Assembly: GCA_024679065.1 (NCBI GenBank)
Contig: JAGIQG010000014.1
Coordinates: forward strand, 46,996,001 to 47,060,000
Length of the DNA stretch: 64,000 nt
Reading direction: 5' to 3'
Origin: Sphyrna mokarran
Taxonomy: Eukaryota
In this document: positions 53,950 to 64,000 of the stretch, piece after piece
Position numbering within the stretch: position 1 is the first letter of the stretch
Layout of the letters: each line of letters begins with the position of its first letter
Notes under the pieces: generated by a model
What the model was told of the DNA's origin: nothing
The model's database searches: none
Seen by the model: the letters and a program-made list of their open reading frames with translations, nothing else
Position numbers and translations under genes: made by a program

Positions 53950-54780
53950 ATAACTTTCATTTCTATAGTGCCTTTAATGTAACAAAGCCTCCATGCCACT
54001 TCACAGGAACAGTATAAATTTAAGTATGCCACTGAGTTGCATGTGATGTTAGGTCATGTGATCAAAAACCTGGTCAAATAGAAGTTTAAGAAATATCTTA
54101 GAGGAAAGCGGAAGGAAAAGATATAAGGAGGGAGTGCTGTATGTTGGGGCCTTGGCAACTTGGTAAAGTAATTATGGTTGGGAATGTACAAGAAGTCAAA
54201 ATTAAAGGACCTCCAACTCATGGAGAGACTTGAAAAAGTTGAGAACTTTGAAATCATGGTATTGCTTGACCAGGAACAGTGTAGGTTAAGGAGCAGTCAG
54301 GCGATAGTGGAATGGGAGTTGCTTCGAGTTGAGACATGGGCAGCAGGGTTTAGGCTAACCCAAGTTTACAGAAGGTAGAATGTACAGAGGGTAAATCAGC
54401 CAGGAATGTGGTGGAATAATTGAGCCTAGAGTTAACACAAACGGAGGGAGGTTTCAGCAGGTGATGAACTGTGACAGGTGAAATTTGTCAATGTTACAGA
54501 GGTGGGAATAGATGTATTTAGTCAATACGTGGTCAGAAACTCATCTCTGGATCAAAAGTAATCAGGTTATGAACAGAATAGCATAATCTAATAGCATAAT
54601 GCTCCAAAGTGAGGGATAGAGTTAGTTGTTGAGAATGGAGTTTGGAATGGGGAATGAAAACAATGGCTTCGGTCTTCATAGTGCTTCAGTTAGGGAGTAT
54701 GCTGCTTATCCAGTGTTAGATATCTGATCATTTAGCAACAATGAAGGTGCTAAGTGACTTAAAGCTGACTGCCATCAGTG
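53950..54780 (-). mobile_element. L2-like 3' fragment
   Basis: catttctatagtgcctttaatgtaac..cttcacagg terminal motif; ctgactgccatcagtgtaa (degenerate YADD on the minus strand). Confidence 0.6.
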
Positions 54781-54794
54781 TAATGTGAATGTAC

Positions 54795-55015
54795 ATGTAC
54801 CTTTGCTGGAGCCTCCAGTTGCCAAGGCCCAAAGTTCTGGAACTCCTTCTCTACACCTCTCCACCTCACTTTAAGACACTCCTTAAAATATATCTATTTA
54901 CCAAATTTTTGATCATCTAATTTAATATCTCATGGCTCAGTGACATACTTTATTTTATAATGTTCCTGTGAAGTGCTACGGAGGTTTTGTTGTGCTAAAG
55001 ATGCAACAGGTTGTT
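54795..55015 (+). mobile_element. L2-like 3' end, inverted relative to 53950-54170
   Basis: agttgccaaggccc..ctggaactcc..ctttaagacactccttaaaa..ttcctgtgaagtgc is the reverse complement of the adjacent copy. Confidence 0.6.
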
Positions 55016-55609
55016 GCTAATCCTACTCCTGGCTTTTATATTTTAAGTACTGCTCTAGTTTTGTTCAATCTTTTATTCGTGAATACGTTGGGACCAGAAG
55101 ATAATCACCAGTGTGGACCTCGTGCCCCAGAAGGTTGAGAAGAGAGAGAAGTTGATAGAAATGTAGTCCCAACAGTGGGAGGGTGCTGGAGAAGATGTGA
55201 GATAAAGTACCTCTGGGTTGTTAGGCGGTTTTCCAAATGGCCCTGTCAAAACCTCTTCTTTATCCAGTTGTTTCGAATTTTGTAAAATCTTATTTTGTAA
55301 AGTCTGCATAAACTGAAGTCTTCTAAACTACTTATGGAGTGTTGTTGGTAGGCAGTGGTTAAGTGACCCAATCTGGATGGATTTAACTGAACCTTGAATT
55401 TAATGTCATACACACCGCTCTTCATATTTTCATTAGAAATGTTGACTTAAGAATTCAGTGCTGAAGAACTTTCACTGGGACAAGTTTACATTGGCAGTGT
55501 TCAATAAACTTATGTACAAAGTAATCTATAAAAGGAACGGCTGAGAATGTTTGCCTATTGGTACATATCCTGCTTGAACATTGCATATTAATAAATATCT
55601 TTGGTTAAC

Positions 55610-55870
55610 AAACTCCAATGACACACTGAAGAAATGCTGCATCGTTTGAAATGTCATTTTTTGTTTGTAATACTAAAGAGTCGTGTCTGCCACTTCAGGT
55701 GGATGTTAACAATTGTATGGCACTACTCAAAAGATAATCGGGGGTTCTGGCGGTTGGCCAAAATTCCTTTCTGATTTAACACTACGTAAATAAGTAAATT
55801 GATCATTTATCTTGCAGCTATCGTAGAATGTCTGCTGTGCTCATCTGCATCAAATCAGAAAACTTGAAAC
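55610..55870 (+). mobile_element. DeuSINE (SacSINE1-like) remnant
   Basis: gtctgccacttcaggtggatgttaa..atggcactact..ggggttct..ttggccaa resembles the Deu-domain consensus as I recall it. Confidence 0.5.
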
Positions 55871-56011
55871 ACAAGTGTGAATTGTTTAAGGTGGTAGATT
55901 TAATGACTGTGAATGGATATTTTTAAGGTTTCTAGGATAGGATCACATGCATTCTATTTTGTGAAACGTTAAATATTTAGGGATTATTCTAAAATCCTTC
56001 ACACTGGATAG

Positions 56012-56170
56012 TCATAAAATCCTTACAGTACAGAAGAAGGCCATTCGGCCCATCGAGCCTGCACCAATAACAATCTCACCCAAGGCCTGTAACCCAACAT
56101 ATTTAGTAATCCATCTGAAACTAGGATCAATTTAGCATGGTCAATCAACCTAACTTGCACATCTTTGGAT
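56012..56170 (-). mobile_element. Truncated HE1-like SINE ending 30 nt upstream of the exon ~21 acceptor
   Basis: tacagtacagaagaaggccattcggcccatcgag tail; caatttagcatggtcaatcaacctaacttgcacatctttgg. Confidence 0.75.
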
Positions 56171-56200
56171 AAATGAGCAATTTAATCTGTTCCTATTTAG

Positions 56201-56376
56201 ACTGGTCTTACACCCTTAATGGAAGCTGCCTCTGGAGGATATGCTGAGGTGGGGAGGGTTCTGCTTGACAAAGGTGCTGATGTCAATGCACCACCTGTGC
56301 CTTCATCACGTGATACAGCTTTAACCATTGCAGCAGATAAAGGTCACTATAAATTTTGTGAACTGCTGATAAACAG
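56201..56376 (+). CDS. ANKHD1: ANKHD1 exon ~21 (176 nt): TGLTPLMEAASGGYAEVGRVLL...KFCELLIN
   Basis: tttag|ACT, CAG|gtattt. Confidence 0.95.
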
Positions 56377-56475
56377 GTATTTAATTTTGATTATATTTTA
56401 CATAAATTAATCCCTAATTTTAAGATCCTGTAAATGTAGAGTCAAAAATCATGGATTTTTGCTTGAATTATGCAG

Positions 56476-56638
56476 AGGGGCACACATCGATGTTCGCAAC
56501 AAGAAAGGTAACACACCTTTATGGCTAGCAGCAAATGGTGGGCATTTTGATGTGGTCCAGTTATTGGTGCAGGCTGGCGCTGATGTGGATGCAGCAGACA
56601 ACAGGAAAATCACACCTCTGATGGCAGCTTTCCGCAAG
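56476..56638 (+). CDS. ANKHD1: ANKHD1 exon ~22 (163 nt): GAHIDVRNKKGNTPLWLAANGG...PLMAAFRK
   Basis: tgcag|A, AAG|gtaagt; follows a 99-nt intron. Confidence 0.95.
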
Positions 56639-56859
56639 GTAAGTTCTTAGTCTGTTCACCCTCCCCTCCCATGTTTTGACTGTTTTGTAAAATAAAAATG
56701 CATATATTAAGACCAGCATAAGCACGTCAAAATGCTCTCTTGATGTCTCTGTAAAAGCGTTATTAGCGTTATTTCTACAGGTCGGGGAGGGAGGGTTGTG
56801 AGGTGGTCAGATTTCTTCTCCACACTGAGTCTCTTTGCTACTGCTGTCTTTTTTAAAAA

Positions 56860-59453
56860 TTAATTTAGACAATGTGGATGCTGCTGGCAATGCCAGCATT
56901 TATTGCCAGTCCCTAGTTGCCCTTAGGATAATGGTGAGCTCCCTGCTTAAACCGCTGCAGCCCCTGAGGTGTAGATACAACTGAGATACCTTTAGTGGGG
57001 GGGGATTTCCAGGAATTTGACCTAGCTACAGTGAAGGAATGGTGAAAAATTTCCAAGTCAGGATGGTAAGTAACTTGGTGGAGACCATCCAAATGGTGAC
57101 GTTCCCAGGTGTCTGCTACTCTTGTCCTTCTGGATAGTAGTAATCATGGATTTGGAAGGTGCTGCTGAAAGAATGTTGGTGAGTTCCTGCAGTGCATAGA
57201 GGTACACATGGATCCTGTGTTCTTCAGTGGTGGAGAGATTGAATGTTTGTGGCAAATGTAGTAATGACATAGGCTGCTTTGTCCTGGATGGAGTCAAGCT
57301 CCTTGCATGTTGTTGTAGCTGCACTTACCCAGGCAAGTGGCAAATATTTCAATACGCTCCTGACTTGTACCTTGTAGAATTACCACTGGATTCCTAGCCT
57401 TTCATCTGCCCTGGTAACCACAGTATTTGTGTGACTAGTCCAGTTCACTTTCTGGTCAATGATAATACCTTCCAAGATGTTGCTAGTAGGTATTCAGGAA
57501 TAGTAATGCTATTGAATCTCAAGGGGTGATGGCTAGATCCTCTTGTTGGGGATGGCCATTGCCTGGCATGAAAGTTGCATGCCATTTCTCAGTTTGACCC
57601 TGGATATTGTCCAGGTCTTGCTGCACTGGGACATGTATTTCAATATCTGAGGAATTGTGAATAATACTGAATGTTGTACAGTCATCAGCAAACATCTCCA
57701 CTTATGATGGTGAGAAGTATATTTATGAAGCAGTTGAAGATGGTTGGGCCCAGGACACTACACTGAGGAGTTCTTGCAATGACTCCCTGGAGCTTGATCT
57801 CCAGTCACCACAACCGTCTCTAAGCAGCAGAGTGTTTTCCTCCTGATTTCCATTGACTCCGTTTTGCCATACTCTGCTAGATGCTGCCTTGATGTCAAGG
57901 GCAGTCACTCAGCTCCAGATCCCTTACAGCCTTGGTTCGAACATGAATAAAAGAACGGAATGCCAGTGGTGAGGTAAGAGTGACCCTGACGAAATCCAAA
58001 TGGAGCATCTTTGAACATGTTATTGCTGAGTGAGTGCTGTTTGTTAATGCTATTGATGCCCCCTGCCATCATTTTACTGATAATCAAGAGCAGACTCGGA
58101 CAGTAATTAACCATTGCTGGATTTGACCTATTTCTGGCATAAAGAGCACACCTGGACAAGTTTCCACATTGCTCAGTAGATACCTATGTTGTAACTGTAC
58201 TGGAATAGCTTGGCTAGGGCTTTAGTAAATTCTGGAGGACAGCTTCAGTACTATTGCTGGAATAGTATTGGAATATTTGGAGTATCCAGTGCTTTCAGCC
58301 TTTTTGTGATATCACCTTGAATAAATTGAATTGGCTGAAAACTAACGTCGTGCTGGGGATCTCCAGGAGGGACCGATTTGAATCATCCTGTTGGCATTTC
58401 TGGCTGAATATTGTTGTGAATGCTTCGTATCTTTTGCACTGATGTGCTGATACCCTCTGTTATTGAGGGTTGGGATATTTGTGGAGCTGCCTCCTCCAAT
58501 GAATTGTGTAATTGTCATTCACTATTTATGGCTGGATGTAGCAGGACTGCAGAGCTTAGATCTGATCTGTTGGTTGTGTGATCACTTAACTCCATCAATT
58601 ACTTGCTGCGTATGCTGTTTGGCACCCAAGTAGTCCTGTGGTGTAGTTTCATCAGATTGCTGTCTCATTTTTAGGTATGCTTGTGATGCTCCTGGCATGT
58701 CCATCTGCAGTCTTTATTAAACCAAGGTTGATCCTCTGTCTTGTTGGTAGTGGTGGAAAGTGCAATGTGTAATACAATTACTGCAATATAGTTGCAGATT
58801 GTAGTTGAGTGCAATTCTGCTGATTGTCCATTGCGCCTCATGGATGCCCAGTTTTAAGGTGCTAGATCTGTTCAAAGTCTATCCCATCTAGCATGGTGAT
58901 AGTGCCACACAACATCTTGGAGGACTGTGAAGATTGAATTTTATCTCCACAAGGACTATGGAATGGTTATTCCTATTAATACTGTCATTGATAGATGCAT
59001 CTGCCAAAGGCAAGTTGCTGAGAATGAGGTCAAGTATGTTTTTCCCTCTTGATGGTTCTTTTGTCACTTGCTGCAGTCCCAGTCTAGCAGCAAAGTTCTT
59101 TAGGACCTCGCCATATTGGTCTGTTGTGGTATTCCAAACCACTGTTGGTGATGGATGTTGAAATTTCCCCCCCCCCCCCCCCCAAAATCAAGGTATGTTT
59201 TGCTTCATCCAAGTGGTTTTCAACATGGAGCACTGATTCATCGGTTGAAGGTGGACAGTATAGAGTACAGCCAGGAGGCTTCTTTGCTGTTGTTAGACTT
59301 GATGCCATGAGATTTCTTTGGGTCCAGGTTTGATGCTGAGAATTCCCAGAACAACTCCCTCAACTGCATATCACTGTTACCACATCAGCTGGTCTGAACT
59401 GCCAGTGAGATGTATCCAGGAATGGTGATGGTATTGTCTGGGACATTGTGTAA
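56860..59453 (-). mobile_element. Decayed CR1-clade LINE with endonuclease and RT remnants; continues briefly at ~60400-60450
   Basis: Minus ORFs: MFADDCT, TALDIKAA.SRVW, NY.P.SLL.IISKMM, FGFRQGHS, QQVTKEPSRGKNILDLIL, YCPPSTDESVLHVE. Confidence 0.85.
59167..59183. repeat. Poly-C run (17 nt)
   Basis: Seen directly. Confidence 0.9.
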
Positions 59454-60398
59454 CATTGTTTGTCATTTTCATGAATGACCTGGATGAGGAAGTAGAGGGA
59501 TGGATTAGTAAGTTCGCCAAAGGTTGGTGGTGTTGTGGATAGTCTGGAGGGATGTCAGAAGTTGCAGTGAGACATAGAATGCAAAAATGGATGGAGAAGT
59601 GGCAGATGGTCTTCAATGCGGATAAATGTGTGGTGGTCCATTTTGGCAGGACCAATGGGATGAAGGAGTATAATATCAAGGGTAGGAGACTTTGCAGTGT
59701 TGAGAAGCAAAAGGATCTTGGGGTCTGGGTCCATAGGACTCTTAAATCAGCCCCACAAGTAGAGGATGTAGTCAAGAAAGCATATGGTGTACTAGCCTTC
59801 GTTAATCGAGGGTTTGAGTTTAGGAGTCGGGAGGTAATGCTGCAACTTTATAAGACCCTTGTCAGACCCCATTTGGAGTGTTGTGTGCAGTTCTGGTCAC
59901 CTCACTATAGGAAGGATGTGGAAGCTATTGAGATGGTGCAGAGGAGATGTACAAGGATGTTGCCTGGATTGGGAGGCATGCCTTATGAAGATAGGTTGAG
60001 GGAGTTAGGTCTCTTTTCCCTGGAGAGACGAAGGTTGAGAGGCGACCTGATAAAGGTTTGTAATATGTTGAGAGGAATAGATAGGGTGGATTCTCAGAGG
60101 CTATTTCCCAGGGCTGGAATGGTCACTGAGAGGACACAGGTTTAAGGTGCTGGGGGGCAAGTACAGAGGAGATGGTAGAGGTGAGTTTTTCACTCAGAGC
60201 GTGGTGAGCGAATGGAATTAGCTGCCATCAGTGGTGGTAGAGGTGAACTCACTGGGGTCTTTTAAAAGACTTCAGTCTGGATGAGTACATGGGATTTAGT
60301 GGGATTGGGAGTTAGAGTTCTATGGCCTGGTAGGTACTGATATGATCGGCCCCACTTGTGGGCCGAAGGGCCTGTTTGTGCTATAGTGTTCTATGTAC
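59454..60398 (+). mobile_element. Younger 5'-truncated CR1 LINE nested in the older element
   Basis: ORF 59552..60145 KWQMVFNADKC...LYKTLVRPHLECCVQFWSP...FSLERRRLRGDL; tail gggccgaagggcctgtttgtgctatagtgttctatg. Confidence 0.9.
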
Positions 60399-60494
60399 TA
60401 TTCTGTGAGTTTGACTACATCCAGGCTGTTCCTTAATTAGTTTGTGAGGCTTAATGTTGGCAAATGAAGCCCAGTCATAATGCAAGCCAACTTC

Positions 60495-60625
60495 CTATCC
60501 ATTAATTCCACCAACACTTTTGCAATACCTCGGAAAAGCAGCCAGCATAATCAAAGACCCTGGGCATATTGTCTTCCACCACCTTCCATTGGGAAAAAGA
60601 TACAAAAGTCTGAGATCACCTACTG
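60495..60625 (+). mobile_element. Short Rex1-like 3' fragment
   Basis: gcagccagcataatcaaagaccc..ccttccattgggaaaaagatacaaaagtctg (AASIIKDP..LP.GKRYKSL), inverse of 490-560. Confidence 0.65.
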
Positions 60626-61529
60626 AGCCTCTACTTGCCAACTAATCAGCATCCTCTCTTTGCAGTATAAATTGTTATTCCCTTTGAAGTTGGTAGTTTT
60701 GTCTATCAAGACCCCCTCAGGGTGCATGGAGTTAAATGAGCTAACAGTATTAGGCAAAACCATGTAACCTGAGTTATGGAGTTCCACCAGAACTGAGTGA
60801 CGTGTCTTTGTGCATCTCGCATCAGTTGCAGAAATTGGTAATAATGCATTCTTTTGTCCTGAACTCTTTTTGTATGTGCACTTGTGCCTTTATTCCATCC
60901 ATTCCATTCCTCTGCCCCCATCTTATTGGCCTGTAAAATTTTCCTTGAGTGAAACAAATCAACACGATTGTAGAAGCAGACTTTTCCAGTATTCACTGAT
61001 AATGAAAGATATATAGCAATGCTAGAGATAGTGCATCCTTTCTCAAAATCATGTCTTGACTATCTTGATTGTAAAATTATTAGACCCGAGGGAATTTTTC
61101 ACAAGGTATTGACAAATGATAGTTCAAGGTAAACCAGTTTCAAATTACCTTTGTAAATTATTGTCATGTAGTAATTCTCACACAGAAAATCTTAGGTTAT
61201 CTGCCTGGATAGATTTAAAAATAATTTAACTTGCTTGAACAACTGACTCTGACCTGGTGTCAGAGAGCTTTTTTGGTCTTGTACTTGGATCATTTAGCAC
61301 TGTTTCTTTGTTGTGCATTCGCTGCTACTACTCTTGTACTTATGCCTAGGAAAGGATGGAGCTGCACATTGTCTGCATGGTTACTCAGAAGAGATACAAA
61401 CATAATGGTTTTTCTCATTTGATTGGTGGTTTAATCATTTCTCTGCAAAGCCATAAATTGCATTTTAAGAGAAACACCATGCTGAACACTACTTTTGTAG
61501 TGTTTTTGCTGCTGGTTTGGTTGTTCAGA

Positions 61530-63160
61530 ATTCTGAGTTTTTCATATTGTACTCATCAGGGACACAAGAATACCAAATCTTAAAAGGAAAAAACAATTTA
61601 AACTGAATGAAAAGAGGATGTTGATAAATGGATTCTTGTACATTGCCATGAAGAATGTACCAATGAACAGTTTAACAACCAAGCTTTTGTTTAAATTCAA
61701 ACCAGGCAAATTAACTCTGGTTAAGCCGTACACCCCAAGGCACTGCCATGGAGAATGAACCAGGGAATGGCTATTATCCAAGTTTTTAAGTTAAATAAGA
61801 GACAATCCTTAAATACTTTGCATGCTGAGACAGAGCTTTTTCTGTGTGTAAATATCTGTAGCTTTTAATGTGTATAAATGAGCCACAGTATGATACCACC
61901 TGGTAATTTTAAATTGGGTAGTGTAAATCTTGGTGCAATCAGGATTGTTTAATAAATGCTGTCCAATCAATAAATTGCATTTAATTTTGGACACTTCTGA
62001 GTTTTGCAAGGAAAGACTGATTAATACCATGCCTGTTTTGAACAGCTGAAGGGACGTGCTGTTTTTCACAATACCCCATCCTTTAGCACCTACGACTGAT
62101 GTACCTATTATCACATTGGCACTGAAATTCATATACGTTAATTGTGGTAGCCAGGAGGTCATTTTGGCTTGATGGCACCATCCTAATAGTGGAGTATGCC
62201 ATTCATATTGCGACTGCATAGTAGCAGTGTGAAATGTCTAGCTTGTGAACAGCCAAAGAGACATGCTTTTTATGATTTCCCCTAGTGGCTTGGACATGCA
62301 GCCTTAATTTCTGGCATCGTTAGCAATGAAATTCATATTTGTACCACAATACTCATTTGCATGGGTGGCAGAACATCTTTTTGGCTTAACTGCAATATTC
62401 ATTTGGTGGACATTACAACTGTGTTGTGACTCTATTGTAGCAGTATAAAATGTCTAGCTTCATCTGTTGCCACCTTATCCTTTGAAGGTAACCATAGGTA
62501 GACTGCACACTTGTCAGACCAGAAATGATTGCTTTAGGCACATTCATGAGTTTCTTTGAGATATAAATTGAACAATATCCATATCAATGAGTGGGCCTAA
62601 GGCCACCACTTTCAGCTCTGAACAGTATCCAGTCTGCCTCAGATTACTCAGAGTAAGGTGCTTCAAATATTTGAGCAGCAGGTGAAGCTAGCCTTTTCAT
62701 GCTGCTACTGTGATGTCCTACACAGGATGCTGTCAGTAGGATGTTCTTCCTACCACACAAGTGGGTGGTGTGGTATCTGAATTTTAGTGCCACTGATGTT
62801 ACATATGTAGGCCATACATCCCAATGACTGGGAGATCAGATGTCCTTTTTTGGCTGTTCACAAGCTAGCCATTTCATGATGCTATTTTGCAGTAGCAACA
62901 TGAGTGGTATTCCCCAGTAATAAAATGGTGCCATCAAGCTAAAAAGACCTTCTAGTTACCACACAAATGAGTAATGTGGTTTACGCATTTCAGTGCCAGT
63001 GAGGTTACGTCATGTGAAGGCCGTATATCCCAACACCTGGGGAAATTTGGAAAAAAACAGCACGTCCCATCAGCTGTTCGTTAGAAACAAAATGCTGGTC
63101 AGCCTACGCTAGCAAAACTGAGAACACTGTTTCAACAACAGATGTGATCCTTAATTGGCC
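61530..63160. mobile_element. Cluster of Penelope-like (GIY-YIG) retroelement fragments in both orientations
   Basis: Minus ORF LIGQHLLNNPDCTKIY..QFKI...HLYTLKAT; plus-strand SNVVYAFQCQ, YVGHTSQ, KQHVPSAVR remnants. Confidence 0.7.
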
Positions 63161-63976
63161 AAAATTTGAACTGTATGAACAACCAATTTAAAATTCAGTT
63201 GGGTTCGTAGTGTGGCTTACATATGTGTGCTAGAAATTAAATATTCCCTAAAAAAAAAAAGGGCCCTGTCCTTTGCAAATAAAAAGAAAATATCCAAGCA
63301 TTGCACCTTTTTTAACTTGAAAGCTTGGGGGACAACTATTCCTTGGTTCATTCTCCACGGCAATGCTTTGACCCAAGTTGATTTGCCTGAATTGTATTAA
63401 GCAAAAGATTGACAGTTGAACTGCATTCTCCATAGCAATGCGTCTGTCAGTAAAAGTCTACTTGCTAACGAATCAGCATCCTCTTTTGCAGTATAAATTG
63501 TTGATCCCTTTGATATTGGTAGTGTTGTCCGTTCTAAGCATCTAAAGTGCAACAGCATGTCTGTTTCAGCAATATTTTTGCCGTATGATAGCATACCGTG
63601 CAGACCACCATTAAAAAAATCACCAGTGTAATATAGCTCTCGTGCGTTAAGAATGTGGGGCAATCACTTGGGATCTGAGGTGAAATGAAACAAGTGCTCT
63701 AAGTAATGTTTACAAGTGGTTCTTTTGATTTGCTTTTCCGTTTCTTAGCCTCCTTTTATCCTTAAAATATTCATACCAAATCTTAATGTACGTGTAAATT
63801 AAATGACGCCCAAAAAGTTGACCATATTTAAGGTCACTTAACTTTGTAAATAGCAGATAAAAATGGCACAATGAACCAGTTCATGAATTAGGAAGCTGTA
63901 CAGTAAATTTTTACAAATCATGTCATTTTAAGCATGTATTTTCAAGTCTAATAATGTTGAATTGTACTTTTTTCAG

Positions 63977-64000
63977 GGTCATGTGAAAGTTGTGCAGTAC
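63977..64000 (+). CDS. ANKHD1: ANKHD1 exon ~23, truncated by window end: GHVKVVQY
   Basis: tttttcag|GGT CAT GTG AAA GTT GTG CAG TAC, in phase with previous exon. Confidence 0.9.

Larger units (their letters stand above)
9890..64000 (+). other. ANKHD1: ANKHD1 gene body (partial; 21 coding exons in window, both ends outside)
   Basis: Spliced exons give a continuous frame of ankyrin repeats with matching phases. Residues that, from recalled human sequences, favour ANKHD1 over paralog ANKRD17: GTSKQKSS.LQVA, FQGRAEVV, GHFDVVQ, GHVKVVQY. Confidence 0.9.

Noticed and set aside
56377-56475. 99-nt intron as a frame-preserving retained intron
   Set aside because: It contains an in-frame TAA (56408-56410), so retention would truncate rather than extend the protein
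59552-60145. 197-aa ORF as an independent gene
   Set aside because: It is the CR1 ORF2 C-terminus with a typical CR1 3' tail; the same applies to ORF 12365..12820
10047-63976. Minor-spliceosome (U12) or GC-AG introns
   Set aside because: All 20 donors are GT and none has the GTATCCT U12 consensus
9890-64000. Assignment to paralog ANKRD17
   Set aside because: Linker exon and diagnostic residues (GTSKQKSS, RAEVV, GHFDVV, VVQY) match ANKHD1 better as I recall the sequences; a phylogeny or synteny check would settle it
1-64000. CRISPR array, prokaryotic operon or defence system
   Set aside because: Spliced vertebrate gene with LINE/SINE-rich introns; no regularly spaced repeats or dense ORFs

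Overview
AT-rich eukaryotic genomic DNA. The repeat content (HE1/V-SINE-like, DeuSINE-like, CR1, L2, Rex1 and Penelope fragments) suggests a cartilaginous fish; that is inference. The window lies inside one + strand gene, ANKHD1 (Mask family; ankyrin repeat and KH domain protein 1). I traced 21 consecutive GT-AG coding exons from 9890 to the window end with a continuous reading frame: the first ankyrin cluster, a coiled-coil/Q-rich linker and most of the second ankyrin cluster. The 5' exons and the KH-domain exons lie outside the window. Exon numbers (3-23) follow my recollection of the human gene. Introns are filled with decayed retroelements, which explain the longer non-ANKHD1 ORFs in the track. 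I found no convincing novel protein-coding system. The best second-look signals are: splice-regulatory architecture (a purine-rich acceptor with TACTAAC and RBFOX motifs, a 741-nt frame-preserving exon with RBFOX/QKI motifs, candidate poison-exon or recursive sites, a NAGNAG acceptor, a duplicated donor), a head-to-head telomere-repeat hairpin inside a SINE, a decayed palindrome of four Penelope GIY-YIG fragments, and hammerhead-ribozyme relics. Repeat boundaries are approximate; exon boundaries were counted by hand.
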